Below, piece after piece: positions 21,796 to 34,526 of a DNA stretch of 64,000 bases; within the stretch, counting starts at the first letter, position 1, and each line of letters begins with the position of its first letter. The position numbers and the translations under genes are program-made. Below the pieces are notes generated by a model, which was not told the DNA's origin, ran no database searches, and worked only from the letters and a program-made list of their open reading frames with translations. The DNA comes from an uncultured bacterium (GTDB lineage: Bacteria > Verrucomicrobiota > Verrucomicrobiia > Limisphaerales > UBA8199), in NCBI GenBank assembly GCA_963749495.1, contig CAVVMW010000001.1, forward strand, positions 672,001 to 736,000, given 5' to 3'.

Positions 21796-22023
21796 TCACC
21801 TCCAAAACGAGCCTGAATTCGAGCCGGAGCTGGAAAAGAAGCCGCTGATCGGCGGGAATGGCTGGCCTCGGGAATACTCTACTTTCCACATCCCGTTGGA
21901 TTGCAAGGTGACGCGGATATTTTCCTTGCCCACTTCATACTCCAAGTCCTCCACGACTTCCTGAAGCTTTTCCTTGGGGACATCGGAAATGACCCTGACG
22001 CTATTTGGCGAGCTCTCAGTCAC
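21796..22023 (-). CDS. Small hypothetical protein
   Basis: 75-aa ORF just downstream of 22036-23010, with GGAGA upstream of the GTG start. Confidence 0.5.
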   Translation of the reverse strand: MTESSPNSVRVISDVPKEKLQEVVEDLEYEVGKENIRVTLQSNGMWKVEYSRGQPFPPISGFFSSSGSNSGSFWR

Positions 22024-22035
22024 AATGTCATTCTC

Positions 22036-23010
22036 CTATGGAATTTGAAGATCGGCAACCACTTTCTGGCGAGCCTGATTAAGTTCTTTCGTGCTGATCA
22101 GATCGGTGATCAACGTCCCCTCCGGCAACTCAGTTTTGATCCACAGCGCCAATTTTCGGGCGTTCTCAGGATTTGGAGGACCGCCGCCCGGCCTCCAGAA
22201 ATCCCGGATCCGCTTGCTCAATGGGTCGTCGCCGAACGACCCCACTCCGCCGTAGGCTTGCTGTCCGGCTCTGCCGAAGGCACCAGCCAGGAAGAGGAGA
22301 GTCAGCAGATACCCAGCGAGGAACCCCAATACCCAAAAGTACACTATCAAGCCTCCGGCAAACGAAACGGCCGCCTGACTTGGAGGAGACGTGCTTGAAA
22401 GACTCTGTGCGACCCACGTCGCTGCGTTCCTTAAGTGCGAGGGAACGCTTTTCAGCTCCACAAGGCCCAGGCCCACGATGATTTTCGTCAGCCAATCTGA
22501 AATCTGCTCCAGGTTGGTGTTGGGCCGTTGGGCAAATCCGGGTGGCACCGCTGCGGCGGGGTCTCGACCGCCGCCCTGCGGCGCGTTGTCCACAATCTTT
22601 GGAACGCCAAAAAGGAAACCAATTAAGAAACCGCCCATGAACCAGGCCGCCGCCCATAGCATTGCACAACGCAAAGCTGCGGGCCGGACATCATCCGTCG
22701 CCAGCACGGCTGAAGCTCCAGTGAAGAACAAACCGATTCCCAACAGGGCGAGCGCGATTATCAAAATCAAGCCCGCGTCCCGAAATGGAGCAGATTGACC
22801 TCCTGCCGAGCGCCTGCCTGCCGCCAAATAAGCCGCAACGAAGCACAGAACGGCGAGGATCAAGGCTCCCCAAAGAGGGTGCGCCTGGAATTGCAGCGCC
22901 AACCAATTACGTGTGAACGGCAGTAGGAGCACAACCGCCACCACGGCCACCGGGATGACGGCGCGCTTGAAAAAGCCGAGCAAGGAGTCCCAGAAAGCTG
23001 CCCCATTCAT
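22036..23010 (-). CDS. Multi-TM hypothetical protein
   Basis: About six hydrophobic helices and GFLFGVPK...NTNLEQISDWLTKIIVGLGLVEL motif. Lower GC than flanks. Confidence 0.8.
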   Translation of the reverse strand: MNGAAFWDSLLGFFKRAVIPVAVVAVVLLLPFTRNWLALQFQAHPLWGALILAVLCFVAAYLAAGRRSAGGQSAPFRDAGLILIIALALLGIGLFFTGASAVLATDDVRPAALRCAMLWAAAWFMGGFLIGFLFGVPKIVDNAPQGGGRDPAAAVPPGFAQRPNTNLEQISDWLTKIIVGLGLVELKSVPSHLRNAATWVAQSLSSTSPPSQAAVSFAGGLIVYFWVLGFLAGYLLTLLFLAGAFGRAGQQAYGGVGSFGDDPLSKRIRDFWRPGGGPPNPENARKLALWIKTELPEGTLITDLISTKELNQARQKVVADLQIP

Positions 23011-23168
23011 ACGGTAACTATTCAGGTGTCTTTTGCTGACTGGTGGGAAGTATGAGGGATTTGCGGCCTTTAGGGCAAGCGAAAAAAGCTCTGAAAATAC
23101 TTCATGGGCGGACTGGTGGGCTGAGACAGGGCTGGACAGCGGGTGGAATAATGCTTAGTTTGCGGGTT

Positions 23169-23453
23169 GTGCCGAGTATTCCTAAAAACGCGGGCCAGGA
23201 CAGCCCCGCCAAAGCCGCGAGCTTGCCTTTCGAGGAAGCTCTGAAGAAGCTGGAGGCCATCGTGGAAACTATGGAGTCCGACGACCTGGCGCTGGAGAGC
23301 TTGCTGGCCAAGTACGAGGAGGGCACCCGCCTGGCGCGGGTCTGCCAGGAGAAGCTGGCGGAGGCCGAGTTGAAGATACAGCAACTGGAGAAGAACGCCT
23401 CGGGCGAGATGCGGCTCAAGCCGCTGCCAATCGAGGCCCCGGACGAGGCGTAG
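23169..23453 (+). CDS. xseB: Exodeoxyribonuclease VII small subunit
   Basis: FEEALKKLEAIVETMESDDLALESLLAKYEEG...LAEAELKI. Confidence 0.93.
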   Translation: MPSIPKNAGQDSPAKAASLPFEEALKKLEAIVETMESDDLALESLLAKYEEGTRLARVCQEKLAEAELKIQQLEKNASGEMRLKPLPIEAPDEA

Positions 23454-23462
23454 GAAAGGAGA

Positions 23463-25511
23463 ATGAACCGATACCTGGACATGGTGGACAACCCGATCCA
23501 AGTCAAGAAGCTGACGCTGGCCCAACTCCAGGAGCTGGCGGCGGAGATCCGGCAGGAGTTGATCACGGTCCTGGCCCGCAACGGCGGGCACGTGGGCCCC
23601 AACCTGGGCGTGGTCGAGTTGACCATCGCCCTGCACCGCGTCTTCGACACCCCCAAGGACAAGCTGGTCTGGGATGTCAGCCACCAGAGCTACGTCCACA
23701 AGCTGTTGACGGGGCGCAAGGGCCGTTTCCACACCATTCGCAGCACCGGCGGCCTCAGCGGTTTCGCATTGCGCTCCGAGAGCGAGCACGATTGCTACGG
23801 GGCGGCACACGCGGGGACCGCCCTCTCGGCCGCCTTGGGCATCTGCGCCGCCCGCGACCAACTCGGCTCCAACGAGCACGTGGTGGCCGTCTTCGGCGAC
23901 GCCGCCCTGACCAACGGCATTTCATTCGAGGCCCTCAACAACCTGGCCCACACCACCAAACGCTTCATCGGCATCCTCAATGATAACGAGTGGAGCATCG
24001 CCAGGAACGTGGGCGCCATCGCCAGCTACCTCAACAAGCTCATCACCCATCCCTCTTACAACAAGCTGGCCCGCGATTTCGAACGGTTCGTCCGCCGCCT
24101 GCCCAAGGGCGAAGTCGCCCTCAAGCTCGCCCACAAGGCCGAGGAGGGGTTCAAAGGCGCCCTGACCGAAGTGGGCCTGCAGCCCAGCCCCAGCTCGATG
24201 GAGCCCGACGGGCGCGGCGGCTACGGCAGCAGCCTCATCTTCGAGGAGATGGGCTTGCGCTACCTGGGCCCGATCGACGGCCACAACCTCCCGCTGCTCA
24301 TCAGCACCCTCGAATTCGCCAAGACCTGCGACCATCCCATCGTCATTCACGTCCTGACCCAGAAAGGCAAGGGCTTCGAGGCGGCCCAGAAAAACCCCGA
24401 GAAATTCCACGGCCTTGGGCCGTACGACATCGCCACCGGCGCGACGCTGCCGGCCAAGCCGGGCGCCGCCCCTAACTGGCAGGACGTCTTCGGCCAGGCC
24501 ATGGTCAAGCTCTGCCAGCGCGACAGCCGGGTCGTGGGGATCACCGCCGCCATGCCCAGCGGGACCGGCCTCAAGGCCCTGGAAAAAGCCATGCCCAACC
24601 GCTACTACGACGTCGGCATCGCCGAGGAGCACGCGGTCCTCTTTGCCTGCGGCATGGCCACGATGGGCTTTCACCCCGTCTGCGCCATCTACTCGACCTT
24701 CCTCCAGCGCGCCTACGATTGCATCGTCCACGATGCCGCGCTCCAGGAACTGCCCGTCATCTTTTGCATGGATCGCGCCGGCCTCTCGCCCCAGGACGGC
24801 CCGACCCACCACGGCCTCTTCGACATCAGCTACATCCGCTCGGTGCCCAACTGCATCGGCATGGCCCCCAAGGATGAAGACGAGTTGGTGGATATGATGT
24901 TCACCGCCACCCTGCAGCAGCACCCGACTTTCATCCGCTACCCGCGCGGCCCGGCCGAGGGTGTCCCGGTCAAGGACCAGCCCGCCCTGCTCGAGATCGG
25001 CAAGGCCGAGATCATCCGCAACTTCGCCCACAACGGCTGCCGCAAGGCCGCCTTGTTCCCGCTGGGCAACATGATGGGCCTGGGGCGCGAGGTCGCGGCC
25101 GGACTGGCCGCCGAGGGCTACGACGTGGCCATCGTCAACCCGCGTTTCTTCAAGCCGCTGGATGGCGGGGTGACCGAGTTCTTCGGGCGCGCCGCCGAGG
25201 TCCTGGTGACCTTCGAGGACCATGTCCTGGCGGGGGGCTACGGCAGCGCGGTGCTCGAGTTCTTCAACGAGAAGCGCATCACCACCCCCGTCATCCAGGT
25301 CGGCTGGCCCGACCGCTTTATCGAACACGCCTCTTCGGTGCAAGACCTGCGGACCAAGTACGGCCTCACGGCCGACAACGCCGTGGCCAGGGTCAAAGCC
25401 GAGTTCGCCGGCGCCGCCTCAGGCAGTGGCATGCTGCTGCACTCCTTGGCGGGAAAGGCCCCGCTCGTGCCGGTCACCCTCCCGAAAGAGGCGCAATCCA
25501 CGGGCGCATGA
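23463..25511 (+). CDS. dxs: 1-deoxy-D-xylulose-5-phosphate synthase
   Basis: GGHVGPNLGVVELT, WDVSHQSY, YLGPIDGH, DVGIAEEHAV, DGPTHHG. Confidence 0.97.
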   Translation: MNRYLDMVDNPIQVKKLTLAQLQELAAEIRQELITVLARNGGHVGPNLGVVELTIALHRVFDTPKDKLVWDVSHQSYVHKLLTGRKGRFHTIRSTGGLSGFALRSESEHDCYGAAHAGTALSAALGICAARDQLGSNEHVVAVFGDAALTNGISFEALNNLAHTTKRFIGILNDNEWSIARNVGAIASYLNKLITHPSYNKLARDFERFVRRLPKGEVALKLAHKAEEGFKGALTEVGLQPSPSSMEPDGRGGYGSSLIFEEMGLRYLGPIDGHNLPLLISTLEFAKTCDHPIVIHVLTQKGKGFEAAQKNPEKFHGLGPYDIATGATLPAKPGAAPNWQDVFGQAMVKLCQRDSRVVGITAAMPSGTGLKALEKAMPNRYYDVGIAEEHAVLFACGMATMGFHPVCAIYSTFLQRAYDCIVHDAALQELPVIFCMDRAGLSPQDGPTHHGLFDISYIRSVPNCIGMAPKDEDELVDMMFTATLQQHPTFIRYPRGPAEGVPVKDQPALLEIGKAEIIRNFAHNGCRKAALFPLGNMMGLGREVAAGLAAEGYDVAIVNPRFFKPLDGGVTEFFGRAAEVLVTFEDHVLAGGYGSAVLEFFNEKRITTPVIQVGWPDRFIEHASSVQDLRTKYGLTADNAVARVKAEFAGAASGSGMLLHSLAGKAPLVPVTLPKEAQSTGA

Positions 25512-25561
25512 CACAATTGCTCGGGCCTAAGTGCAATCCGCGTTGCGGCTTTTTTGGGGAC

Positions 25562-25741
25562 GCCAACGGCGTCGTTCATACCAGCCCAGGGCAACGCCCT
25601 GGGAACGCAGCCCAAAAGCCAATCGGAGCGCTGAAGGCGCGATTCATCTTTATGAAGCAGGCCGTTGGCCTGCGGCAGAACCAAAACCGCCCTGTGTTCC
25701 CAGGGCGTTGCCCTGGGCTGGTATGAACCAGGCCTTCGGCC
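25562..25741. repeat. Nested palindromic element, family F
   Basis: ttcataccagcccagggcaacgccctgggaa mirrored by ttcccagggcgttgccctgggctggtatgaa. Confidence 0.85.
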
Positions 25742-25766
25742 TGTAAATCAAAGATTAAAAGCGATT

Positions 25767-27020
<1,254 letters not shown>

Positions 27021-27134
27021 GTGCAGGGCCGATCTTCGAAGGAACGGCTGACAAGGCGGTGCAGTAAGCGAGTGCTTGCACGCTGGGAGGGTTTGGCCTA
27101 TAAAGCTGGGGATGGCCAACCCATTGGAGACCCG

Positions 27135-30100
27135 ATGGCTAACGAGAATCCAATTCTAAATAACCCGTACGAAGAGCCGCAGGGGCACTATGCAACCAAT
27201 CTGGCGGGGGAGTTGGACTACTCGAAGCCGGTCAAGGGGCGGCGTGCATTTACGCCGGAAATTCAAACGATCCCCGTGCGCCAAGGGGCCCAGGAAGAGT
27301 TGATGGAACTCAACGAGGTTGCCGGAGCGCAGTACCGGCAGCCACGCGGTGAACCTGCTTCGGCGGGAGGTGTCGGCTTGGCGGAATGAAAAGTACCCTC
27401 AGACGACGCGGATCACGCGGGAGTTGCTCCAGTTCTGGTTTCTGAATCCCGAGCGAGACATGACGTTGTCGCTGTTTTTCGCGCAGCGGGAGGCTATTGA
27501 GACTGCGATCTGGTTGAACGAGGTTGCGGAGAAATCGAACGTGGGTCAGCACATTCTGCGCGAGCTGGAGAGGGCGCAGGCGGTTTCCTCCGCGGCGGAG
27601 AACAATCTGCCGCGGGTGGCCTTCAAGATGGCGACCGGCACGGGCAAGACGGTGGTGATGGCAGCGCTGATCGCCTACCACTATTTCAACCGTGCCGAGT
27701 ACCGGAACAACGTCCGGTTTGCGGACAATTTCCTGGTCGTAGCGCCGGGGATTACGATTCGGGACCGCTTGGGAGTGCTGCGGGTGGACACCAGGGGCGG
27801 CATCGACGCGGAGGATTACTACCACGTGCGCTACTTGGTGCCACAGGCCTGGCGGAAGGAGATGCCGGAGTTGAACAAACGGCTGGTGATTACGAACTAT
27901 CACGCGTTCGAACCGAAAACCTTGCAGGGGAACAAGCGCTCGCCATTTGACGGCAAGATCCGGGCGGACGGGACCAGGCAGGAGGCGAAGGAGGATTACT
28001 CGCAGGTGCTTGGACGGCTGCTGGCGGGATTCCGGGCGGGGTCCCGGCTGCTGGTCATTAACGATGAAGCCCATCATTGCTACCTGCCCAAGGAGGATGA
28101 ACGCAGAGCGGAGGGAGAAGACAGCGAGAAGGAGAACGAGCGGGCGGCGGTCTGGTTCAGCGGCCTGGTGCGGGTGGCGCAACGGTACAAGGTGCGGAGT
28201 GTCTATGACCTGAGCGCGACACCCTACTTTCTGACGGGATCGGGGTATGATCCGTACACGTTGTTCCCTTGGACCGTGTCGGATTTCGGGCTCATTGAGG
28301 CAATTGAATCGGGCCTGGTGAAGATTCCGTTTTTGCCCACACGAGATGATACGCAGGAGCTGGAGTTGCCCGTGCTGCGGAACTTGTACGAACACGTGCG
28401 CGAGGGACTGCCGAAGGCCGGGCGGAAGAAACAGAAGGCGCGGGCGAGGGAGGAAGGCAAGACGCTTGTGGAGGAACCCCCGCGGCTGCCCGAAATGCTG
28501 AAAACGGCGCTGGCGCAGTTTTACGAGCATTACGAGGAGGAGTTCCGGTCGCGGAAGCATTCGGCGGAGGCGCTGGGCACGGCCCAACTGGCGCTGGAGG
28601 ACACGCCGCCGGTATTCATCGTAGTGTGCAACAACACCTCCGTCTCGAAGGAGGTGTACAAATACTTGGCGGGGTATGAAATTCCGGCTGAGGAGGGGTC
28701 GGGTGACGCGGCGCACGTGGTGCCGGGGGTGTTTGAGCTGTTTTCAAATTACGACATGAGCACGCGGCAGGCGCGGATGAAGCCGCCGACACTGCTGATC
28801 GACAGCGACGCGCTGGAGAATTCGGAGCAGGTTGACGAGGAGTTCAGGCGCGTGTTTGCCCCGGAGATTCAGCGGTTCAAAGCCGATTACGCGCGGGTGC
28901 ACGGGCAGGGCGCGGCAGAGCGGATCGAGGATGCCGAAATTCTGCGCGAGGTGGTGAACACGGTTGGCAAGCGGAATGCCCTGGGGTCGCATATTCGTTG
29001 CGTGGTTTCGGTCTCGATGCTGACGGAGGGGTGGGATGCGAGCACCGTGACGCACATTTGCGGGATCCGGCGATTCGGGTCGCAACTCCTGTGCGAGCAG
29101 GTGGCGGGACGGGCCCTGCGGCGGCGGAGCTATTACCTGCAGGGTTACGACAGGCAGGGGCAGCCCACGAGCGACAAGCGGCGGATCGTGACCTGGAAGT
29201 TCCCCCCGGAGTACGCGCATGTCATCGGGGTGCCGTTCAAGCTGTTCAAGGGCGGGAAGACCGACCCCAGGCCGCCACAGCCGACAACACGGGTTTTCTC
29301 CCTGGCGGAGCGGACGGAGAAATACGAGATCACCTTTCCTAACGTGGAGGGATACCGGCTGGAATACTCAGAGGGGCCGCTGCGCGCGGATTTTTCCGCC
29401 GTCGAGGACTACACGATTGACGGGTCGAAGCTGCCGACCAAGACGTTTATGGGGACGGCAGTATCGGGTGAGGAGGTGGAACTGAGTCCCGAGGGCATCC
29501 TGCGGATGCGAGAGCAGCAGATTGTGTATCACATCGCCCGCGGGCTGGTGCTTCTGCATTTTTCTGATGAGAAGGGGCAGCCGGAGTTCCATCGGTTTCA
29601 TGAGCTGCGGGAAATCGTCGCCTGGTGGTACGGTGAAAAGCTGAAGGTGCTCGGGAAGGACCAGCAGTGGAAGAAGCTGGTTTATTACGCCGACCCGCAG
29701 GAGGTAGTGGCGCACATACGGCGCGGAATCAAGACCGGCGAAGGCGGGGACCAGCGGATCCGGGCGATCCTGAATCATTACAACCCGGTCGGGAGTTCGC
29801 GTTATGTTCACGGGCAGACGAGCCGGGACACGTATCCGACTCGGCACAGCCATGTGAACGTGGTGGTGGTGGACAGCGGGTGGGAGGGGAAGGCGGCGAA
29901 AACGCTGGATGACCTCACGGACGAGGGGCATACCCTGGCCTGGGTGAAGAACGCGTTCCTGGATTTCCGGATTCCCTACACCGGCCGCGCGGGCGAGCAA
30001 AGGGATTATTACCCGGATTTCATCGTGCGCAGCCGCCTGGCCGGAGGCCAGCTGATAAACCTGCTGGTGGAAGTCACCGGCTTCAACAAGGACAAGGAAG

Positions 30101-30393
30101 AAAAGCGGTGGACGGTCCTGAACCGATGGCTTCCGGCAGTCAACTCAATTGCCCCCAAGCGCGCCTGGTTGAAATGGGATTTCCTGGAGCTCGACCAAGA
30201 GCGCGCGGTCGCAGATTTCAGGAACCTTCTGCTGGATCGGCTCAAGGCCGTTGCCATTGCGGAGCCGTTGACGGGCGCTTGGGCGGCTCGGAGAGAATTC
30301 GAACTGGCTTCGGGGTTGATTGACCAGGATTTTGATGAGCCGCCCCGCGCTGTTGACCGGCGTGAATTCCCCGATCTGTTCGACGGATCATGA
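27135..30393 (+). CDS. res: Type III restriction enzyme Res subunit (DEAH helicase/nuclease), frameshift near 27330
   Basis: NPILNNPYEEP, KMATGTGKT, INDEAHH, SMLTEGWD, EQVAGRALRR, and YYPDFIV...LVEVTG. Confidence 0.9.
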
Positions 30394-30473
30394 CTGCGAC
30401 ACACTTGCTCGATACGTCTGTCTATTTTGGAATGATAGATGGTCTGACGGTGGAAGACTGGTCACAACCTTGA
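30390..30473 (+). pseudogene. Internally deleted VapC/PIN toxin relic (27 aa)
   Basis: MTATHLLDTSVY (PIN N-terminus) joined to FGMIDGLTVEDWSQP* (PIN C-terminus). ATGA overlap with the res stop. Confidence 0.65.
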
Positions 30474-30479
30474 AGCGCC

Positions 30480-33172
30480 ATGAAAACGCCCAAGCCGGTA
30501 AAATCGTTCAAACACAAGGAGTCGAAGCGCGCTCACATCCCGTCCGGGGAAGAAGCGGGGTACGAGGCGGGCAGCCCGAAGGTGCAAGCGGCGCCGGACA
30601 CCAAGGAACTGCCGCTGAACCCGATCATTACGCGGGGGCAGGACCCGGAGCTGTTCTGGATGCACAAGTATGGGAGCGATGAGCGCCTGACCGCGCAACT
30701 GGATGAGCTCCAGGCCAGGTTGAAGGCGGGCGACAATCCGGGAGCGCGGACGGCGTTGGAGAATCTGCGCGAAACGATCATGCGGCGGTATCAGCAGCCG
30801 GATGATGAGAGCTTGAGTGTGGATATACGGTCCCTCTACCGCCATGAGCACATCGCGCCGGAGACGCTGATCAAGGGGCTGTATCGGATCGTGGCCCAAA
30901 AAGCGGCGGACCAGGATGAACTGTTTACGGTCAACGAACTGTTCGGCAACGCCATCGGGCACGAGGAACTGGACAAGGTCACCGATTACTACACGCATTC
31001 GGACGGCTGGACCAACCGCCTGATCCAGGGCGACAGCCTGCTGGTGATGACATCCTTGCTGGAGCGGGAGGGGATGGCCGGCCAGGTGCAATGCATCTAC
31101 ATTGATCCACCCTACGGTATCAAGTACGGGTCCAACTGGCAGATTCGGTTGAACAACCGGACGGTGAAGGACGGTGATGACGACTCGCTTTCCGGCGAAC
31201 CAGAGCAGGTGAAGGCGTTCCGAGATACGTGGGAATTCGGCGTCCACTCCTACCTCAGGTACCTGCGCGAGCGGCTGGTAGTCGCGCACGAGTTGCTCCA
31301 CGAATGCGGCTCGTGCTTCATGCAAATTTCAGACGAGAACCTCCATCTGGTCCGTAACCTGATGGATGAGGTGTTTGGGAGCGAGAATTTCGTCAGCTTG
31401 GTGAGCTTTCAAAAAACGGGTGGAGCATCTTCGAATCTGCTGCCATCGACGGTTCAACTACTTAGTGTGGTACGGAAAACACAAGGAAGCTCTTAAATTC
31501 CGCCCGCTTTACGAAAGCCGCAAAGCTGGGGATCCCAGTCTCGATCGATACGACCACATTCTGCTCGAAGATGGAGGGGCTCGTCGGCTCAAGCCTGATG
31601 AAATCGCCGGTAAGGCTGAAGTCCCCCGAGGCAAAAGGTTCCAGCTCACCAGTCTATTTTCGGATGGCGAGACCAAGACGCAGCAAGACTTTGAGTTCGG
31701 CGGAAAGGTCTATCGGCCCCGGAGCGGGACACACTGGAAAACCACCGTCGCCGGTTTGAAGCGGCTCGAAGAAGCAGGGCCGGATTGCGATAATGGGTAA
31801 TGTCCTAAGGTACCGGCGCTTCCTCGATGATTTTCCTGTAATTCCCATCACAGACCGGTGGGAGTCAATGCAGGTGGGAATTGGGCTTTCCTATGTGGTC
31901 CAGACGGCGATTCAGGTCATCCAACGTTGCATTCTCATGTCCAGCGACCCAGGCGATTTGGTCCTCGACCCGACTTGCGGTTCGGGCACGAGCGCATACG
32001 TGGCGGAGCAGTGGGGCCGCAGGTGGATCACGATCGACACGTCGCGCATTGCGGTCAACATCGCGAAGTCGCGTTTGATGACGGCGACGTTCCCGTATTA
32101 CCATCTCTACGACCAGCAGAAGTGTGACATCCGGCAGGGCTTCATTTACAGAAAGGACCCACACACCACGCTCGGTAGCATCGCGAACAATGAGCCACCG
32201 GTGGAGGAAACGCTCTACGACCAGCCGCTCGAAGACCGGAAGCGGTTGCGCGTGGCCGGTCCGTTCACGGTGGAGACGCTCCAGAGCTACGAGCCGATTT
32301 CGCCGGAGGAGTTGGCCAGGCAGCGGACGGAGGACAAGGAACTCGCCAATTTCGAGGACCTTATCTTCGCGCATCTCAAGAGCGCCGGCGTGAAAACAGG
32401 GCGCAAGGATGAGAACGCCGTTTTCGTCCGGATTGATCGCCTGGCTGATTCGGCACTGCATGCTGAAGGGTGGTATGCCGCCGGAGCAGGCGAGAAGAAG
32501 GCGTATCTGCACATCGGCCCGAAGTTCGGGACAGTGAGCAATCAGGCGGTGACGGAGGCGATCAAGGCATGCCGGGACAAACGGGACGGAGACTGGCTGC
32601 TGATTCTCGGCTTCGCGTTCGAGAGCGGAGTGTCCGATGTGACCACGCGCGACTTCGGCCAGTTCAAGGTGAGCATCGTGCGAATGCACGACAACCTGCT
32701 CCAGCAGGGATTGCTGAAGCGGGACAAGAAGGCGGCGAGCTTCGTGACCATCGGGGAGCCGGACATACGCCTGCACCGCGAGAACGGCACTGCCACTGTG
32801 GAGATTGCCGGTCTGGACATTTACGACCCGATTAAAGATGAAGTGAAAAGCCGCGACGTCCACGACATCGCCTACTGGATGGTGGATGACGATTACGACG
32901 GCTCCAACTTTGTGGTGCGCCAGGTGTTCTTCTGCGGCGGCGACAAGGACGAGTTCGAGGAGTGGAAGAAGGGCCTGAGCGAGTTGGCCGAAGCCAAGAC
33001 GAAGAAAGCCGCGGAACAGACGCTGAAGGTCGAGATCGATGACGAGGCGTTTGCCGGGGTGTACGGGCATGTCAGCCGCCCGTTCCCGGTCAAGAAGGGG
33101 CAGAAGATCGCGGTGCGCGTGATCAGCCAATTTGGTGAAGAGACGACGAAAGTGGTGGACGTGAAATCATGA
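30480..33172 (+). CDS. mod: Type III R-M Mod subunit (N6-adenine methyltransferase), two frameshifts
   Basis: [48 protein letters not shown] across ORFs 30480, 31420 and 31793. Confidence 0.9.
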
Positions 33173-33176
33173 GCTC

Positions 33177-34427
33177 CTACCCAACGTTGAAACGTTGCGC
33201 TATTGTCGGATGTCCCTCCGGGACAAGTGCCCCAATCGCCTCCGCGAGGTATTCGTATTCGCGGAGCGAATTATAGAGGTGGGCGGAGATGCGGAAATAG
33301 CGTCTTGGGGGCAGGCCGAAGCGCAGGAACGGCACCTCGATGCGGAACCGGTCATAGAGCCGCAACTGTTCGGCATCGAGCTTCCCGTTCTGGGGCCGGC
33401 CTTGGAACCGCTCGGGCAGCGGGAGGGTGGCCATGGCCCCGAGCATGTCCTCGGGGCAGGGCGCTTCGAGGGCCAATCGTTGGCAGAGGAGCCGCCGCGC
33501 CGCCACCACCAGTTGATGGTTGCGCCGATAGAGTTCCTTCCAGCCCCCAGGCAGACGCCGCCCCAGCCAAGTCAGGGCCTCGCCGGCGCAGAACCAGCCG
33601 GTGGGGTCAAAGGTGCCGGCCCAGTCAAACCGGTCCTGAAACGGGGTGTAGCCCGGGCGGGGCGTGTTGTTGCCATGGCTGATGACGGCCGGCTGCAGGT
33701 CCGCCTGTTTGTCTGGGCGCACCCAGAGGAAGGCCGTGCCCTTTGGAGCGCAGACCCATTTGTGGAGATTGCCCGTGTAATAAGCGGCGCCCAGTCCCTC
33801 GAGGTCCAGCGGCACCATGCCCGGTGCGTGCGCCCCGTCCACGAGGGTTTGGACCCCGCGCGCCTCCAGTTCCCGCACCAACTGGGCCACGGGCAGCACC
33901 AGGGCGGTCGGGCTGGTCACATGGTCGATCATCGCCAGCCGCGTCCGGGGCGTGACGGAGCGCAAGATGGTCTCCACTACCTGGTCCGCGCTGCGCAACG
34001 GAAAGGGCGCCGCCGCCACGACCAGGCGCGCCCCAGCCCGGCGGGCGGTCTCGGCCAGCACGTTGCGGCAGGCATTGTAGTCCTGGTTGGTCGTCAACAA
34101 CTGGTCCCCGCGCTTGAGCTTGAGCGAGCGCGCCACGGCGTTCACGCCGGTCGTCGCGTTGGCAATGAAGACCAGGTCACGGGTTTGCGCCCCGACAAAT
34201 CGCGCCACCGCCTCGCGCGCCGCCTCAAGCCGCTCGTCGTAGCGCCGCCATAGAAACTGCACCGGCTCCGCCTCCATCCGCTCCCGCAACTCCGCCTGCA
34301 GGGCCAGGATAGCCCGCGGACACGCCCCAAACGAGCCGTGGTTCAAAAACACCGAGCCCGCCGCCAAAGACCAATACCGGCGATACCGCGAAGGCGCTGG
34401 CAGGACCAAGTCCGGTTTTCGCGTCAT
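33177..34427 (-). CDS. Class V PLP aminotransferase (isopenicillin N epimerase-like)
   Basis: FLNHGSFG, NATTGVN, VDGAHAPG, GNLHKW. The last residues derive from a family C repeat. Confidence 0.92.
   Translation of the reverse strand: MTRKPDLVLPAPSRYRRYWSLAAGSVFLNHGSFGACPRAILALQAELRERMEAEPVQFLWRRYDERLEAAREAVARFVGAQTRDLVFIANATTGVNAVARSLKLKRGDQLLTTNQDYNACRNVLAETARRAGARLVVAAAPFPLRSADQVVETILRSVTPRTRLAMIDHVTSPTALVLPVAQLVRELEARGVQTLVDGAHAPGMVPLDLEGLGAAYYTGNLHKWVCAPKGTAFLWVRPDKQADLQPAVISHGNNTPRPGYTPFQDRFDWAGTFDPTGWFCAGEALTWLGRRLPGGWKELYRRNHQLVVAARRLLCQRLALEAPCPEDMLGAMATLPLPERFQGRPQNGKLDAEQLRLYDRFRIEVPFLRFGLPPRRYFRISAHLYNSLREYEYLAEAIGALVPEGHPTIAQRFNVG
33180..33225. repeat. Half copy of the family C palindrome
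   Basis: cccaacgttgaaacgttgcgctattgtc...tgtccctccgggaca matches 9235-9280. Confidence 0.8.
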
Positions 34428-34526
34428 GGGGAGAGAATACACGGCCAGAGCCGGCAGGGGAAGCCAGGAGCCACGGCTGTGACTCATGAATTCCGCAATG
34501 TGAAATCCCGGATTTCGGATTTATTC

